Positions 30,001-40,242 of a DNA stretch of 64,000 nucleotides are shown one piece after another; position 1 is the stretch's first letter; each line of letters opens with the position of its first letter. The position numbers and the translations under genes were made by a program. Below the pieces are notes generated by a model. That model ran no database searches. It was not told the origin of the DNA and worked only from the letters and a program-made list of their open reading frames with translations. Source of the DNA: Chthonomonas calidirosea (lineage in GTDB: Bacteria > Armatimonadota > Fimbriimonadia > Fimbriimonadales > Fimbriimonadaceae). The stretch lies in assembly GCA_945859975.1 (NCBI GenBank), contig CAMAPH010000010.1:1-64000 (forward strand), read 5' to 3'.

Positions 30001-33000
30001 TCAATGACCGCCAAACAAGTCGATCACATCCTGAGCATCAGCCAACGGATTTATCAAATTGATCGCTTGACGAAGCAGATTCCCTCCCGTTCCTCCGCCG
30101 ACTCGCTTTTGCGCTTGATAGCCAAGGTCCGCAAATGGCACGACAAAGGAAGGGTTGTAGAATGTGTGTCCCTTTTTGTTCTCGGTCTGAAAATGACCGT
30201 CCTTGTCATAGTCACGATTGGATTTATGGCCCGGTCCATGTTCTAGTGTCTTTCCATCCACCGAGTCTTCAATTTCCTTAGCGATCTTACGCGCTTTCTT
30301 CGGATCCTTTGAAAATACTTTGACGTTCTTGCCAAACTTTCTTGCCTGTTTTGCCTGCTTTATTGTTAGCTTTCCAGCTTCGTGCCGCATCCAATTCCCA
30401 ATAAACTTGACCGCTTTAATGAAGTATCCAACTTTTCCAAGGCCCTCTGGATCAACAAAAGCTCCAGGGTTACCGTCCACGTAAGCATACCAATTGCGCC
30501 CATCCCGAATCGGGTCGCGCGTAAGAAACCGACCCGTTGCCGGGTCATAGTAGCGATGTCCTAGTAGCTGGTACTCGCTCTCGGCATCCGTCTGGTAGCC
30601 CAGTCCGCCGGCAAACCCAGCCTGCGTGTTCGTCGTGCCCGTCCTGCTAACCGCCGCACCGAAGGCGTCGTACTCCATCGAGTCCGTCATTGAACCCGCC
30701 GCAGTCAGCTTCTTCACCGATCCCAAGTAGTCTGCAAGTTGGTGCCGAGTCGTCCCGCCACTCCGCTCCGAAATCCCCGGAACCATAGTGCTCACGCTGT
30801 CCGAAAGCACACTCGCCGTCACATGAGCGCCATCGCGCTTGTAGATGCGGCTTCCGTTCGAATTGGATTTCGAAACGCGCATCCCAAAGCCGTTGTAAAC
30901 ATAAGAAGTCGTCGGTTGCCCAGTCCGGGCTAGAGACACCAAACGGTCGTCCTCGTTCCAGTTGAAGGTCCGAACCGTTCCACCCGAAGAAATCGAAGTC
31001 GTCCGCCCCGCCGCGTCGTAGGTGTAGTTCGTATACACTCCCCCAACCTGCCGGTACAACAGCTTGTCTGCATCATCGTACGTATAGGTCTCGGTGATAC
31101 CGTTGAGCTGCTTCGTCTTCCGGTTTCCGTTCTCGTCGTAGGTGTAGATGCACGTATATCCCGGACGAGATTCACCCAGAAGTTGGTCTGCCAAGTCGTA
31201 AGCGTAGGTCGTTGTTACCCCGCCCACAGTTTTCGTCTGCAAGTTACCTGCAGGCGAGTACACATAGGACTCCTGCTGCAGAATCGAGGCGTCGTTAGAC
31301 TTTCGGTGGACAATGGAGTTGAGCCGGTCAAGAGCGTCGTATCCAAACTCGCTCGTTGTTGCCCCGTCCGATTTTGCGTTGACTCTGCCGTAGCTGTCGT
31401 AGCCGAGCGACGTATCCACCCCGTCAACCGACTTCACAATGCGAGTTAAGCGGTCGGTCGTATAGGTGTAGTTAGTTACTGCCGTGCCCTCGGTCATGCT
31501 CGTGCGCCGACCCCACTGGTCGTACAGGTACGTCATGACTCCTTGAGGCGTGGACAGCTGAGTCAGCCGGTCATCGGCGTCGTAGTTCCATGTGGTTGTT
31601 CCCGTGGAATCGTACATTGCCATTTGTCGCCCGGCAATATCGTATGTGAACATGGTTGTCGGCAACGTGGAGTACTCGACTTCGATCAGGTTGTCCGATG
31701 CATCGTGATCGTAGAAGGTTGCTTGACCAAGCCCGTTGATCTTTCGGGACATGTTTCCGTTTCCGTCAAACTTATAAGCTTCGTACTGAGCATCCGGGAA
31801 CTGAACTTTCGTCACTTCACTGCGTGGTGAGTGAGTGTACGTCGTCGTCTTGCCTCTTCCATTGGTCACCAACACCAGGCGGTCACGCTCATCGTAGGCA
31901 AAGGACTGTTGATCTCCACGCGGATTGGTTTCCGTGAGAACCCTTCCAATTGCGTCACGGGTGACTGCTGTCAGGCGCCCCTCCACATCAATCGTGCTCA
32001 TCACCCACCCGAACACATTCATGTTCGTAGTCGATGACGCGCCATCGCTCCTGGTGGTCCCAATAAGCCGGCCCCAGTCATCGTAATCAAACGTCGTGAT
32101 GCGATTGCGGTTGTCGGTGAGTTGAACGGGCTTCCCGACGGTATGACCGACTCCGTACTGCACGGTGACTGAACCATCAGGCGTGGCAACGTGCGTTAGC
32201 TCTCCTAGCGCGTTGTAAGTTAGGCTGGTCGTGACACCCTCAGACGAAGCGGTCGCAAGGCTACCATCTGTATTGTAGGTATAGGTCCCCTGCACTTGGT
32301 TGAGCGCGTTCTTGACTTGAGTCACCGATCCCACAATGCCATCGCGAACGTAAGTCGTCGTTGCATTGATCGCGTTCTTCTCGGTCAGAGGGTCGTTGTA
32401 GGTGTTATACGTAACGCTCGCAAAGTTCCCCGAAGCGACCATTCTTGGGTCTTGAATCTTCTTGACGTTCCCAAATTGATCGTACTCAAACTTGGACAAT
32501 TGATTCCGGCCGTCTTTCGATGTACTAACGTTATAGAAGTTGTCGTAGGTTAAAGAATTGTAGAATCCAGCCTCGTCCTTTGTGCTGACAAGGAGCCCAG
32601 CGTTGTAATACTCGGTGATCTTTTCGCCACGATGGAACACATACTCCGTCGAATCTGCCAGATAATTGACCTTATACGTCTGCGGAGCAGGCACGACTGT
32701 ACTTCCAGAAATGCCAACGTGGTTCACCTTGAGCGGAGTCTGGAACTTAATCAGCTTATCATCCGCATCATAGTCAAACTTCCACTCCTTCCCTAATGCG
32801 TCCGTCTCTTTGATGATCCGATCTTCAAAGTCATAATCGAAACTGATCGTCGGTCGCGAACCATTGAGGCTGGGATAAGTGATCTGCGTTAAGACCTTGG
32901 TTCCGGCCGCCGCCCCTGCGATCGTTGACTGGTAGGTGAAGTCCCACACGCGGTTTCCGGGAACCGTGACGCTTTGTAATCGCTGCACCGCAATCGCGCT

Positions 33001-34281
33001 CGTTCCGGAGTACGTCATCGTGATCTTGCGCGCCGAAGAATCGCTGAGGACTACTTGTCTCGGGTTACCCGCCGTGCGCGAAACTGTGATCGCGTTGTTG
33101 AATCGGTCTCGATAGCTCGTCAAATAGCCGTTTCGATCGAATTCATAGGTCATCTGCGATTTCGTCCGCAGGACGTAGCCATTTTGGTATCGGAAGATAA
33201 TGTCGTAGAAGCCGGTCGGAGGGAAGAACCGATTGTCAAGGTCTGGATTTGCCCCGTAGTTGCGAGAGAAAACGAGTCGGCGACCGTCAGGATAGAACGC
33301 GGTGATTTTTTGCTTTGAAACCTCCGTGACGTTGCCAACAAAAATGAGCCGGAAGTCAACGTTGGTGCGCCACTTCTCCCCAACTCCAACTTCGCCTTGA
33401 TCCTGGACGCTGTTGTACAAGGTAAGCCCAATCGGCACCCCGCCTTTGCCTTTCCACCCGACAATCGGAATCGTCGTCATGCGGTTTCCTGTCTGCATGT
33501 TCACGGATCCCGGCGCTAGATCCGATCCACCCGCAGGCCGAGAGCCCTCCCAGGGGAAAGCAGCGCCTGGGCCGCTTGGGCGCTCGATGATTTGAACGCC
33601 TTCGCCGGTGCCACCGGTTGTGCTTGTGGTTCCAGTTGTAGAGGTGGTTCCGGTCGTGGAAGTCGTTCCGGTTGTAGAGGTGGTTCCGGTTGTAGAGGTG
33701 GTTCCGGTCGTGGATGTCGTTCCGGTTGTAGAGGTGGTTCCGGTCGTACTTGTGGTTCCAGTTGTGCTCGAGGTTCCAGTAGTACTTGTAGTTCCGGTTG
33801 TGCTGGTGGTCCCAGTTGTGCTCGTGGTTCCCGTACTCCCACTCCCGCCGGTCGTATACACAGGAGGACCAATCGGTGCCGTTGCTTCTATGCCCGTTAG
33901 CGGGGCATCCTTGGGTCGGGGCTCTGGACGCCCGATCAGTGCTAGGTTGTCGCTTGTGTCCTCCGGCGCATTTGGGTTGTATTCTGGTTCGGGATAGGCC
34001 GGTGTTGTACCGGCGATGATCGAAACGGCCGTACTAATATCTTGGACATCTGCCGAGTTATAAACATCACCTCGCGCGACGGGCTGAACGACCGGGTTCA
34101 GCCGAGTCGGTAGCGAGTTCACCGGATCGGTGTAATCCGAACCTGACTGAAGAGTCAGCGTAGTAAGCGAGGTCAACAGACTGTTGATCCCGGCCGCAGC
34201 CGACGAATACCCCACGACCATCGCAAGCACGAAGTGCAACCCACGACTCAATGCAACCCAAACCGATGTCCCCCAGAACAT
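30001..34281 (-). CDS. Rhs/YD-repeat polymorphic toxin with N-terminal hydrophobic segment and Thr-rich linker
   Basis: Numerous YD repeats; core end RYYDPATGRFLTRDP...YVDGNP...DPEGL; 145-aa C-terminal extension. Confidence 0.93.
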   Translation of the reverse strand: MFWGTSVWVALSRGLHFVLAMVVGYSSAAAGINSLLTSLTTLTLQSGSDYTDPVNSLPTRLNPVVQPVARGDVYNSADVQDISTAVSIIAGTTPAYPEPEYNPNAPEDTSDNLALIGRPEPRPKDAPLTGIEATAPIGPPVYTTGGSGSTGTTSTTGTTSTTGTTSTTGTSSTTGTTSTTGTTSTTGTTSTTGTTSTTGTTSTTGTTSTTGTTSTTGTTSTTGGTGEGVQIIERPSGPGAAFPWEGSRPAGGSDLAPGSVNMQTGNRMTTIPIVGWKGKGGVPIGLTLYNSVQDQGEVGVGEKWRTNVDFRLIFVGNVTEVSKQKITAFYPDGRRLVFSRNYGANPDLDNRFFPPTGFYDIIFRYQNGYVLRTKSQMTYEFDRNGYLTSYRDRFNNAITVSRTAGNPRQVVLSDSSARKITMTYSGTSAIAVQRLQSVTVPGNRVWDFTYQSTIAGAAAGTKVLTQITYPSLNGSRPTISFDYDFEDRIIKETDALGKEWKFDYDADDKLIKFQTPLKVNHVGISGSTVVPAPQTYKVNYLADSTEYVFHRGEKITEYYNAGLLVSTKDEAGFYNSLTYDNFYNVSTSKDGRNQLSKFEYDQFGNVKKIQDPRMVASGNFASVTYNTYNDPLTEKNAINATTTYVRDGIVGSVTQVKNALNQVQGTYTYNTDGSLATASSEGVTTSLTYNALGELTHVATPDGSVTVQYGVGHTVGKPVQLTDNRNRITTFDYDDWGRLIGTTRSDGASSTTNMNVFGWVMSTIDVEGRLTAVTRDAIGRVLTETNPRGDQQSFAYDERDRLVLVTNGRGKTTTYTHSPRSEVTKVQFPDAQYEAYKFDGNGNMSRKINGLGQATFYDHDASDNLIEVEYSTLPTTMFTYDIAGRQMAMYDSTGTTTWNYDADDRLTQLSTPQGVMTYLYDQWGRRTSMTEGTAVTNYTYTTDRLTRIVKSVDGVDTSLGYDSYGRVNAKSDGATTSEFGYDALDRLNSIVHRKSNDASILQQESYVYSPAGNLQTKTVGGVTTTYAYDLADQLLGESRPGYTCIYTYDENGNRKTKQLNGITETYTYDDADKLLYRQVGGVYTNYTYDAAGRTTSISSGGTVRTFNWNEDDRLVSLARTGQPTTSYVYNGFGMRVSKSNSNGSRIYKRDGAHVTASVLSDSVSTMVPGISERSGGTTRHQLADYLGSVKKLTAAGSMTDSMEYDAFGAAVSRTGTTNTQAGFAGGLGYQTDAESEYQLLGHRYYDPATGRFLTRDPIRDGRNWYAYVDGNPGAFVDPEGLGKVGYFIKAVKFIGNWMRHEAGKLTIKQAKQARKFGKNVKVFSKDPKKARKIAKEIEDSVDGKTLEHGPGHKSNRDYDKDGHFQTENKKGHTFYNPSFVVPFADLGYQAQKRVGGGTGGNLLRQAINLINPLADAQDVIDLFGGH
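33617..33832 (-). repeat. 12 x 18-bp coding tandem repeat encoding (TTGTTS)n
   Basis: 18-bp period with mostly synonymous variation inside the Rhs ORF. Confidence 0.9.
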
Positions 34282-34287
34282 GCGCGC

Positions 34288-34316
34288 ATTGTATCGGGAT
34301 TGCGCTTAAATGCCAA
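34288..34316 (-). promoter_or_regulatory. sigma70 promoter of the rhs gene (leaderless)
   Basis: TTGGCA-N17-TACAAT-N6-ATG(34281). Confidence 0.65.
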
Positions 34317-34623
34317 GTAGTTTTTGCAATGGTTTCAGAATTCTTAAAGATTTCTTAATGAACCAGCAATTTTGATCGATCCCGCGGTCAATACCAAGTT
34401 AGAAATGGGCTTTCGCGCGCAGATCGCACAATTGAACGACGTCCCCAAACTATTCTAGAGGAAGTTTCGTGAACTTCGGTAGCTTTTTTGTTCTTTTTGA
34501 TTTTGTTGGTTCCGTTGAGTATTCAAGCCGCTGAGGACTGAGTATGAACACGGAACGGTAGCACCACGATCCCGCCAATTTACTCGTCAATCAATTGAAA
34601 GCACGAAGCAAACGAGGAAGCCT

Positions 34624-34950
34624 ATGAAATCCCATACAAAGAGAGCGCCACTCGCCCAGCGACTTAAGCAGGGCCTTGTCGAAGGCATCGAGTACGCCCG
34701 AGGCGAGGCTAAACTCGCCACAACCCTCGTACCGCTCGGTCGGTCCTTCACCGGCGAAGAGGTTGCGGCCATTCGTACCCGCCGCCGCATGAGCCAGGCG
34801 CAGTTTGCAAACCTCCTTGCCGTCAACGTCAAGACCCTGCAAAGTTGGGAGCAAGGCGTCCGAAAGCCCAGCAAGCCCACCATGAGGCTCCTTCAAATCT
34901 TCGATTCGCCAGAAGATTTTCGCGCCGTTCTGGCCCCGACAGATTCTTGA
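34624..34950 (+). CDS. Xre/HigA-like HTH antitoxin
   Basis: IRTRRRMSQAQFANLLAVNVKTLQSWEQGVRKPS. Confidence 0.85.
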   Translation: MKSHTKRAPLAQRLKQGLVEGIEYARGEAKLATTLVPLGRSFTGEEVAAIRTRRRMSQAQFANLLAVNVKTLQSWEQGVRKPSKPTMRLLQIFDSPEDFRAVLAPTDS

Positions 34951-35130
34951 GCCGAGAGTCTCGGCAACCGAAAACTTGAATAAGTAGGTTGACTTTCGTC
35001 CGCACCGCGCCCTATAACATGGGTACTCGCGCACGGCATTGAGAAATTTAATCTACACTCGGCCCTAAGGCGGGAGCATTTATAAGTAAATTTCTGAGCC
35101 GCGAAAGAGGGCGGAAGAAAACTCAGAAAA

Positions 35131-35206
35131 TGGCGCGCTCGAGAGGACTCGAACCTCCGACCCCCAGCTCCGCAAGCTGATGCTCTATCCACTGAGCTAC
35201 GAGCGC
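35131..35206 (-). tRNA. tRNA-Arg, anticodon GCG
   Basis: Cloverleaf GCGCTCG TA GCTC AGTGGATA GAGC A TCAGC TTGCGGA GCTGG GGGTC GGAGG TTCGAGT CCTCT CGAGCGC G CCA; A20 and G73 Arg identity elements; encoded CCA. Confidence 0.93.
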
Positions 35207-35219
35207 GTGATGGAAAAGA

Positions 35220-36137
35220 TTACCCGACCGCGGGCGACCAAGGGAGTCGCAACAGCTTCGAACCTGCCGATCCGACCAGCAGCTGAGCCCCGTCGGGCGT
35301 AAATTTCATCGTCAGCGGCCGCTCGCCAAAAAGGTCAAACCGGGCGATCTCTTCGCCCGAAAACCGGTGCGCCACAACCTGGTCCCGGTCGGCAATCACA
35401 AAGGCCGCTTCCGTTGGGTGGCACTGAACCAAAGGCAACCCGGTGCCAACTTCCACCTTCGCCTCCGCCTTGCCGGTCTCAAGGTTCCAAACGTGGGCGT
35501 AGTGCAAAGACCGCGTCACCGCATAAGGATGCGACTCCGAAGCATCGAAGCCATAAATCCGCTCCGGCATCCGAATCCGCGCCCGCCGAACCTTCGCGTG
35601 CATCGACCATCGGGTCAGGCTAAAACTGTCCGTCCCGACAATCTCGTCTCGCGCAATCTTCAACTGCCGCGGCGCATCGTTCGCATGCCAAATCACCGCG
35701 ATCCGGCCATCACTGGTCCACTGCACCACGCTGCCGTTATCAAAGCTAGCTGCAATCCGACCTTCACCGGCCGAAACCGAAAGGGGAGAAACGACCAAAA
35801 AGCCAAACGACCGCGGCGGCGTATAAGACCAAACCGCCTTCGCCGAGGCAATCGAGAACGCGACCACGGAGTCATTGATCGCTGCAATCAGCAGCTCGTC
35901 GTCGTCAGAAAAAGCGAGCCCCCGAATCCGGTCAATCGGCCGCAACAAGCAACTTTCCGACCGCAGTCCGGAGCTCCAAAGCCGATTCCCGTCAAACTCA
36001 AGGTGAATCGCCAGCGACGTATCAGCCGTGGCAATAAAACGTCCACTCTTAGAAACCGCAATCTGCCCAACGCCCGGCACGGATACCAAAGAATGCGATA
36101 TCTGGGCCGGAAGCGAGGATGGAACCATGGACATCAC
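35220..36137 (-). CDS. WD40-like beta-propeller protein
   Basis: IRGLAFSDD, HVWNLETGK, MKFTPDGAQLLVGS; start uncertain (GTG 36137 or ATG 36134). Confidence 0.65.
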   Translation of the reverse strand: MMSMVPSSLPAQISHSLVSVPGVGQIAVSKSGRFIATADTSLAIHLEFDGNRLWSSGLRSESCLLRPIDRIRGLAFSDDDELLIAAINDSVVAFSIASAKAVWSYTPPRSFGFLVVSPLSVSAGEGRIAASFDNGSVVQWTSDGRIAVIWHANDAPRQLKIARDEIVGTDSFSLTRWSMHAKVRRARIRMPERIYGFDASESHPYAVTRSLHYAHVWNLETGKAEAKVEVGTGLPLVQCHPTEAAFVIADRDQVVAHRFSGEEIARFDLFGERPLTMKFTPDGAQLLVGSAGSKLLRLPWSPAVG

Positions 36138-36215
36138 TACGTTACGGTAAATCCTAGCCGGAATCAACCTTCCTAGGCCCTACGGCCCCCAAAAAAGCAA
36201 CCGTAAAATACGCCG

Positions 36216-37055
36216 GTGAGCGAGAATCTGATCTCCTTCCTCGTCAATCAACGCGAGGCCTACTGCTTCCCGCCCAGCTTTCGGGCGGATGTGGAAGATT
36301 TCGGGCGAAAAACGCTGGCTTTGCTTTTTCCACACTTCGCCGAAGAAGCCAATTGTGAAGTCTCGCAAATCGAGGCCCTCGTCTCACAGTTGAGCGGAGA
36401 CTTTGCCGAACTCCTAAACCGGGTCGAAAGCGCGCTCGAGATCACCCTCGACCACGCCGAGCTCGAAACCGCCTTCTTCGGCAGCCTCACCGACCTCATC
36501 GAGCAACTTGAGTTCGACGCCAAAGCCATGGCCGAAGGCGACCCCGCCGCCCAAAGCGTCGACGAAATAAAGCTCGCCTACCCCGGCTTCCGCGCCATCG
36601 CCATCTATCGCGTCGCCCACTTGCTCCACGGCCTAGATATCCCGCTCCTACCGCGCCTGCTGACCGAGCTAGCGCACCGAGAAACCGGCATCGACATCCA
36701 CCCCGGCGCGATCATCGGCCGATCCTTCTGCATCGATCACGGAACCGGCGTCGTCATTGGCGAAACCGCCGTCATCGGCAATGGCGTCAAGATTTACCAA
36801 GGCGTCACCCTCGGCGCGCTCACGGTTCAAAAGGCCCTCGCCGACATGAAGCGTCACCCGACCATCGGCGACAACACGGTGCTCTATGCAAATGCCACCG
36901 TGCTCGGAGGCGAGACCGTGATTGGCCACGACTGCGTCATCGGCGCCAATGCCTGGGTGACAAAGTCGGTCCCGCCTTTCAACATCGTAGGCCGAGATGC
37001 CGAATTTCGCCCCAGGCGGTCAATCGAAGACGGGGATTTGGAGTATTTCATTTGA
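36216..37055 (+). CDS. cysE: Serine O-acetyltransferase
   Basis: [46 protein letters not shown]; adjacent to cysK. Confidence 0.92.
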   Translation: MSENLISFLVNQREAYCFPPSFRADVEDFGRKTLALLFPHFAEEANCEVSQIEALVSQLSGDFAELLNRVESALEITLDHAELETAFFGSLTDLIEQLEFDAKAMAEGDPAAQSVDEIKLAYPGFRAIAIYRVAHLLHGLDIPLLPRLLTELAHRETGIDIHPGAIIGRSFCIDHGTGVVIGETAVIGNGVKIYQGVTLGALTVQKALADMKRHPTIGDNTVLYANATVLGGETVIGHDCVIGANAWVTKSVPPFNIVGRDAEFRPRRSIEDGDLEYFI

Positions 37056-37095
37056 GAATCCTCACTTTCGCCGATTGCGGCGCAACCATACAGCA

Positions 37096-38007
37096 ATGAA
37101 AGCAAACTCAGTTTTAGAAACCATCGGCGGCACGCCCCACGTTCGGATCAATCGACTCTTCGATCCCCGCGTCAACGTCTACATCAAGCTTGAGCGAGCC
37201 AACCCAGGCGGTAGCATCAAAGATCGAATCGCCCTCAGCATGATTGAAGCCGCCGAGAAATCGGGCGATCTCAAGCCGGGCGGAACCATCATCGAACCGA
37301 CTTCCGGAAACACCGGCATCGGCCTGGCCATGGTCGCCGCCGTCAAGGGCTACCCCCTCGTGCTCGTTATGCCGGAGTCCATGAGCATCGAGCGCCGCCG
37401 CCTGATGGCTGCCTACGGCGCCACCTTCGAGCTCACCCCGCGCGAAAAGGGAATGAAAGGTGCCATCGAAAAGGCCCGCGAATTGGTCGAGGCCACCGAG
37501 AACAGCTGGATGCCGATGCAGTTCGATAACCCGGCGAACATCTCTATCCACCGCGAAACCACCGCGCAGGAAATCCTCGCCGACTTCCCCGAGGGCGTCG
37601 ATTACGTCATCACCGGTGTCGGCACCGGCGGCCACATCACCGGCGTCGCCGAGGTTCTGAAGGAGAAGTTCCCGAACACCAAGGTCTTCGCGGTCGAACC
37701 CGAAAAGTCCCCGGTCATCTCCGGCGGCGCGCCATCTCCACACAAGCTCCAAGGTATCGGCGCGGGCTTCATCCCGTCCAACCTGCACGTTGACTTGCTG
37801 GACGGTGTCATTCAGGTCTCAGAAGAAGATGCCTTCACCTACGCCCAGCGTGCGGCGAAGGAAGAGGGCCTCTTCATCGGCACATCCTCGGGTGCATCAC
37901 TCGCTGCCGTCGCCAACAAACTCGCAGAAATCTCAGACGGCGCGACCGTCCTCACCTTCTGCTACGACACCGGCGAGCGGTACCTTAGCATCGAAGGCCT
38001 CTTCTAA
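37096..38007 (+). CDS. cysK: Cysteine synthase A
   Basis: [49 protein letters not shown]. Confidence 0.96.
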   Translation: MKANSVLETIGGTPHVRINRLFDPRVNVYIKLERANPGGSIKDRIALSMIEAAEKSGDLKPGGTIIEPTSGNTGIGLAMVAAVKGYPLVLVMPESMSIERRRLMAAYGATFELTPREKGMKGAIEKARELVEATENSWMPMQFDNPANISIHRETTAQEILADFPEGVDYVITGVGTGGHITGVAEVLKEKFPNTKVFAVEPEKSPVISGGAPSPHKLQGIGAGFIPSNLHVDLLDGVIQVSEEDAFTYAQRAAKEEGLFIGTSSGASLAAVANKLAEISDGATVLTFCYDTGERYLSIEGLF

Positions 38008-39530
38008 CGCGATTCAACAATCCGCGCTTCTGGCTTCAGGTCCAGCGGATTGTTCGCTTTTAGAAACGCAATCAGCGCGTCGATATCCAGGTTTCCGGTA
38101 TCGACGCGCTTCCCTTTTGCGTTCTTCAAAACCTCGTGCCCGTCGCCGCCGCTGGCGATAAACGAGTTCAGCGCCACGGTGTAGCTCTTTTCGACATTAA
38201 GCATCTCGCCGCCTACTTTGACTTCAACCACTTTGCCGCCGACAACCTTGTAGGAAGTCTCGCGACTCGGGAGCAATCGTCCGCCCTTTCCGACGCCGAA
38301 CTGGATGCTATCCAGAATCTCTTGCCCGGTGAGTTCGAGTAAGACGATGGTGTTACTGAACGGCACCACCCCAATGGCCTCGCCATAGGTAATCGTTCCA
38401 GCATCGATGCTCGACCGAACTCCGCCGGCATTCGTAAATGCGGCCACCGCACCCTGCTTTTTCGCTGCTTCCAGCATCGAGTCTGCAATGAGGTTGCCCA
38501 TCAGGCTTTCGCCCGTCGCATTTGGCTCCTTAGAAATTTCGTCCTTGGATTCACCTACCGGCTGGTTGCCCAGATCAGCAATCGGCCGCTTCAGCGCATC
38601 CACCACCGACTTCATCGCGAGGTCTTCTTCAATGGTTTCATCGACCACAATCGGTTTGGCGTCATAGACCCGAACGACCTCGCCCTTGTCGTCGAAATCA
38701 GCCTTAAAGCGGCCCAGCAACTTGCCCCACTCCCAGGCTTGGAAAACGTAAACCGTCCGTCCGGTGGAGTCCTTCACGGCAGTCGGATAGTCCCCTCGCG
38801 ATGCCGGGAATCCTGGCGCAGTTGCGTCGCCCACCAGCGAGTGAGAGTGCCCGCCGACCACCAGGTCCACGTGGCGCAGCTTCTTCACCAGCGCGATGTC
38901 TTCCGCATAGCCGATATGCGTGAGCAACACAATCTTGTTCACCCCGCGCTGGACAAGCGCATCGATCTCCGCCTGCACGCTCGCCACAATCGGCTTCAGC
39001 GTTACCGTGTCTCCAGGAGAACTGATAGCTTTCAGATCTTCCGTCACCGCACCGACGATGCCGACTTCTTCTCCGCCTACTTTCAGCACGGTAGAAGGCT
39101 TAACGACGTCCTTCAGACTCGGCTCTTTGGAGAAATCGAGGTTTGCCGAAAGGACCGGAAACGCCGCGTTCTTCGAGAATCGGGCAATCGGCGGAATCCC
39201 ACGGTCGAACTCGTGGTTACCCAGCGCCACCGCATCCGGCCGAATCACGTTCAGTGCGGCCAGGTCAGCCAGTCCTTCATAAACGTTAAAGAACAACGTG
39301 CCCTGGAAAATGTCCCCCGCGTTCAGAAAGATCGGGTTCGGGTCCTCTGCGCGGTACTTCTTGACGAGAGTGGCCATTCTCGCGTAGCCACCATATGGCT
39401 TCCGGCTAATGTTCACCGGCTCTAGGTGACTGTGCAGATCGTTGTTGTGAAGAACGGTAATCGTGATCGGCCGATCAGCCAGAGCGAGCGTTGCGGTTGC
39501 ACAACAAATAAGAGCCGCGAGAAGGCGCAT
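38004..39530 (-). CDS. Secreted bifunctional metallophosphatase/5'-nucleotidase
   Basis: [32 protein letters not shown]. Confidence 0.92.
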   Translation of the reverse strand: MRLLAALICCATATLALADRPITITVLHNNDLHSHLEPVNISRKPYGGYARMATLVKKYRAEDPNPIFLNAGDIFQGTLFFNVYEGLADLAALNVIRPDAVALGNHEFDRGIPPIARFSKNAAFPVLSANLDFSKEPSLKDVVKPSTVLKVGGEEVGIVGAVTEDLKAISSPGDTVTLKPIVASVQAEIDALVQRGVNKIVLLTHIGYAEDIALVKKLRHVDLVVGGHSHSLVGDATAPGFPASRGDYPTAVKDSTGRTVYVFQAWEWGKLLGRFKADFDDKGEVVRVYDAKPIVVDETIEEDLAMKSVVDALKRPIADLGNQPVGESKDEISKEPNATGESLMGNLIADSMLEAAKKQGAVAAFTNAGGVRSSIDAGTITYGEAIGVVPFSNTIVLLELTGQEILDSIQFGVGKGGRLLPSRETSYKVVGGKVVEVKVGGEMLNVEKSYTVALNSFIASGGDGHEVLKNAKGKRVDTGNLDIDALIAFLKANNPLDLKPEARIVESR

Positions 39531-39549
39531 GGCTCATTTTGTCCGACGA

Positions 39550-40242
39550 TTAGGCCGAAAGTCTGGTTGGCGCGCTAATTTGCACATCCACCCCCGGCGA
39601 CCAAACCGCATGCATTGGTGCCTGATCAGGTGCGATCTGAAATCCCGCCGCCGAAAGTAACCCGTCCTCTACCAAAGCCGACTCGACGTCCGAGAACGTA
39701 TACGGTTCATGCCGAACCAGCCCCGTCATCACGACGCCATTCCGTACGGCGAACAAGCGATATCGCTCTAACAAGAACGCTTCCAACGAGTCAGGAGACG
39801 CGGTTCGCAATTCCGACGCCGTGCTCACCACAACCTTCGAGGAGATCGATCCGCGCTGGCAGTGATACTCAAACTCGTTCCCCCGCCGAACCAGGCTCAT
39901 CTTCGCCGGAAAGTACGGCAACCCAAAAGTCGCCCGCGCGATTCGGCAAGCGGTTGGACTCTCCGCATCGAGGCTATAAAACCAAACCCCGGTCTGGCCA
40001 TTCGGCGCAATCACGTACGTCCGTACGTTCGTTTCCAAAAAGTGGCTGAGCTTTGGCACGGCCGGTAATCCGATTGGCCGCAAGTTCATCATGCGAAACG
40101 GCACCAGGCCCACAAACGCCCGATTTTGAAACGTGTGAACCCGGAAACCATCCGGCAACGTGGCCTGCACCTGGGCCGGATCGAACTCGTAATGAAGAAA
40201 CGCCAGATGCCTCCATTGCTGGCGCATCACGGTGAGGCTCAT
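39550..40242 (-). CDS. YqjF/DUF2071 family protein
   Basis: [46 protein letters not shown]. Confidence 0.9.
   Translation of the reverse strand: MSLTVMRQQWRHLAFLHYEFDPAQVQATLPDGFRVHTFQNRAFVGLVPFRMMNLRPIGLPAVPKLSHFLETNVRTYVIAPNGQTGVWFYSLDAESPTACRIARATFGLPYFPAKMSLVRRGNEFEYHCQRGSISSKVVVSTASELRTASPDSLEAFLLERYRLFAVRNGVVMTGLVRHEPYTFSDVESALVEDGLLSAAGFQIAPDQAPMHAVWSPGVDVQISAPTRLSA

Noticed and set aside
33617..33832. Possible CRISPR array or VVPVVE-repeat protein on the plus strand
   Set aside because: Contiguous 18-bp units with no spacers, in frame within rhs; the plus-strand ORF 33608..33997 is its antisense shadow
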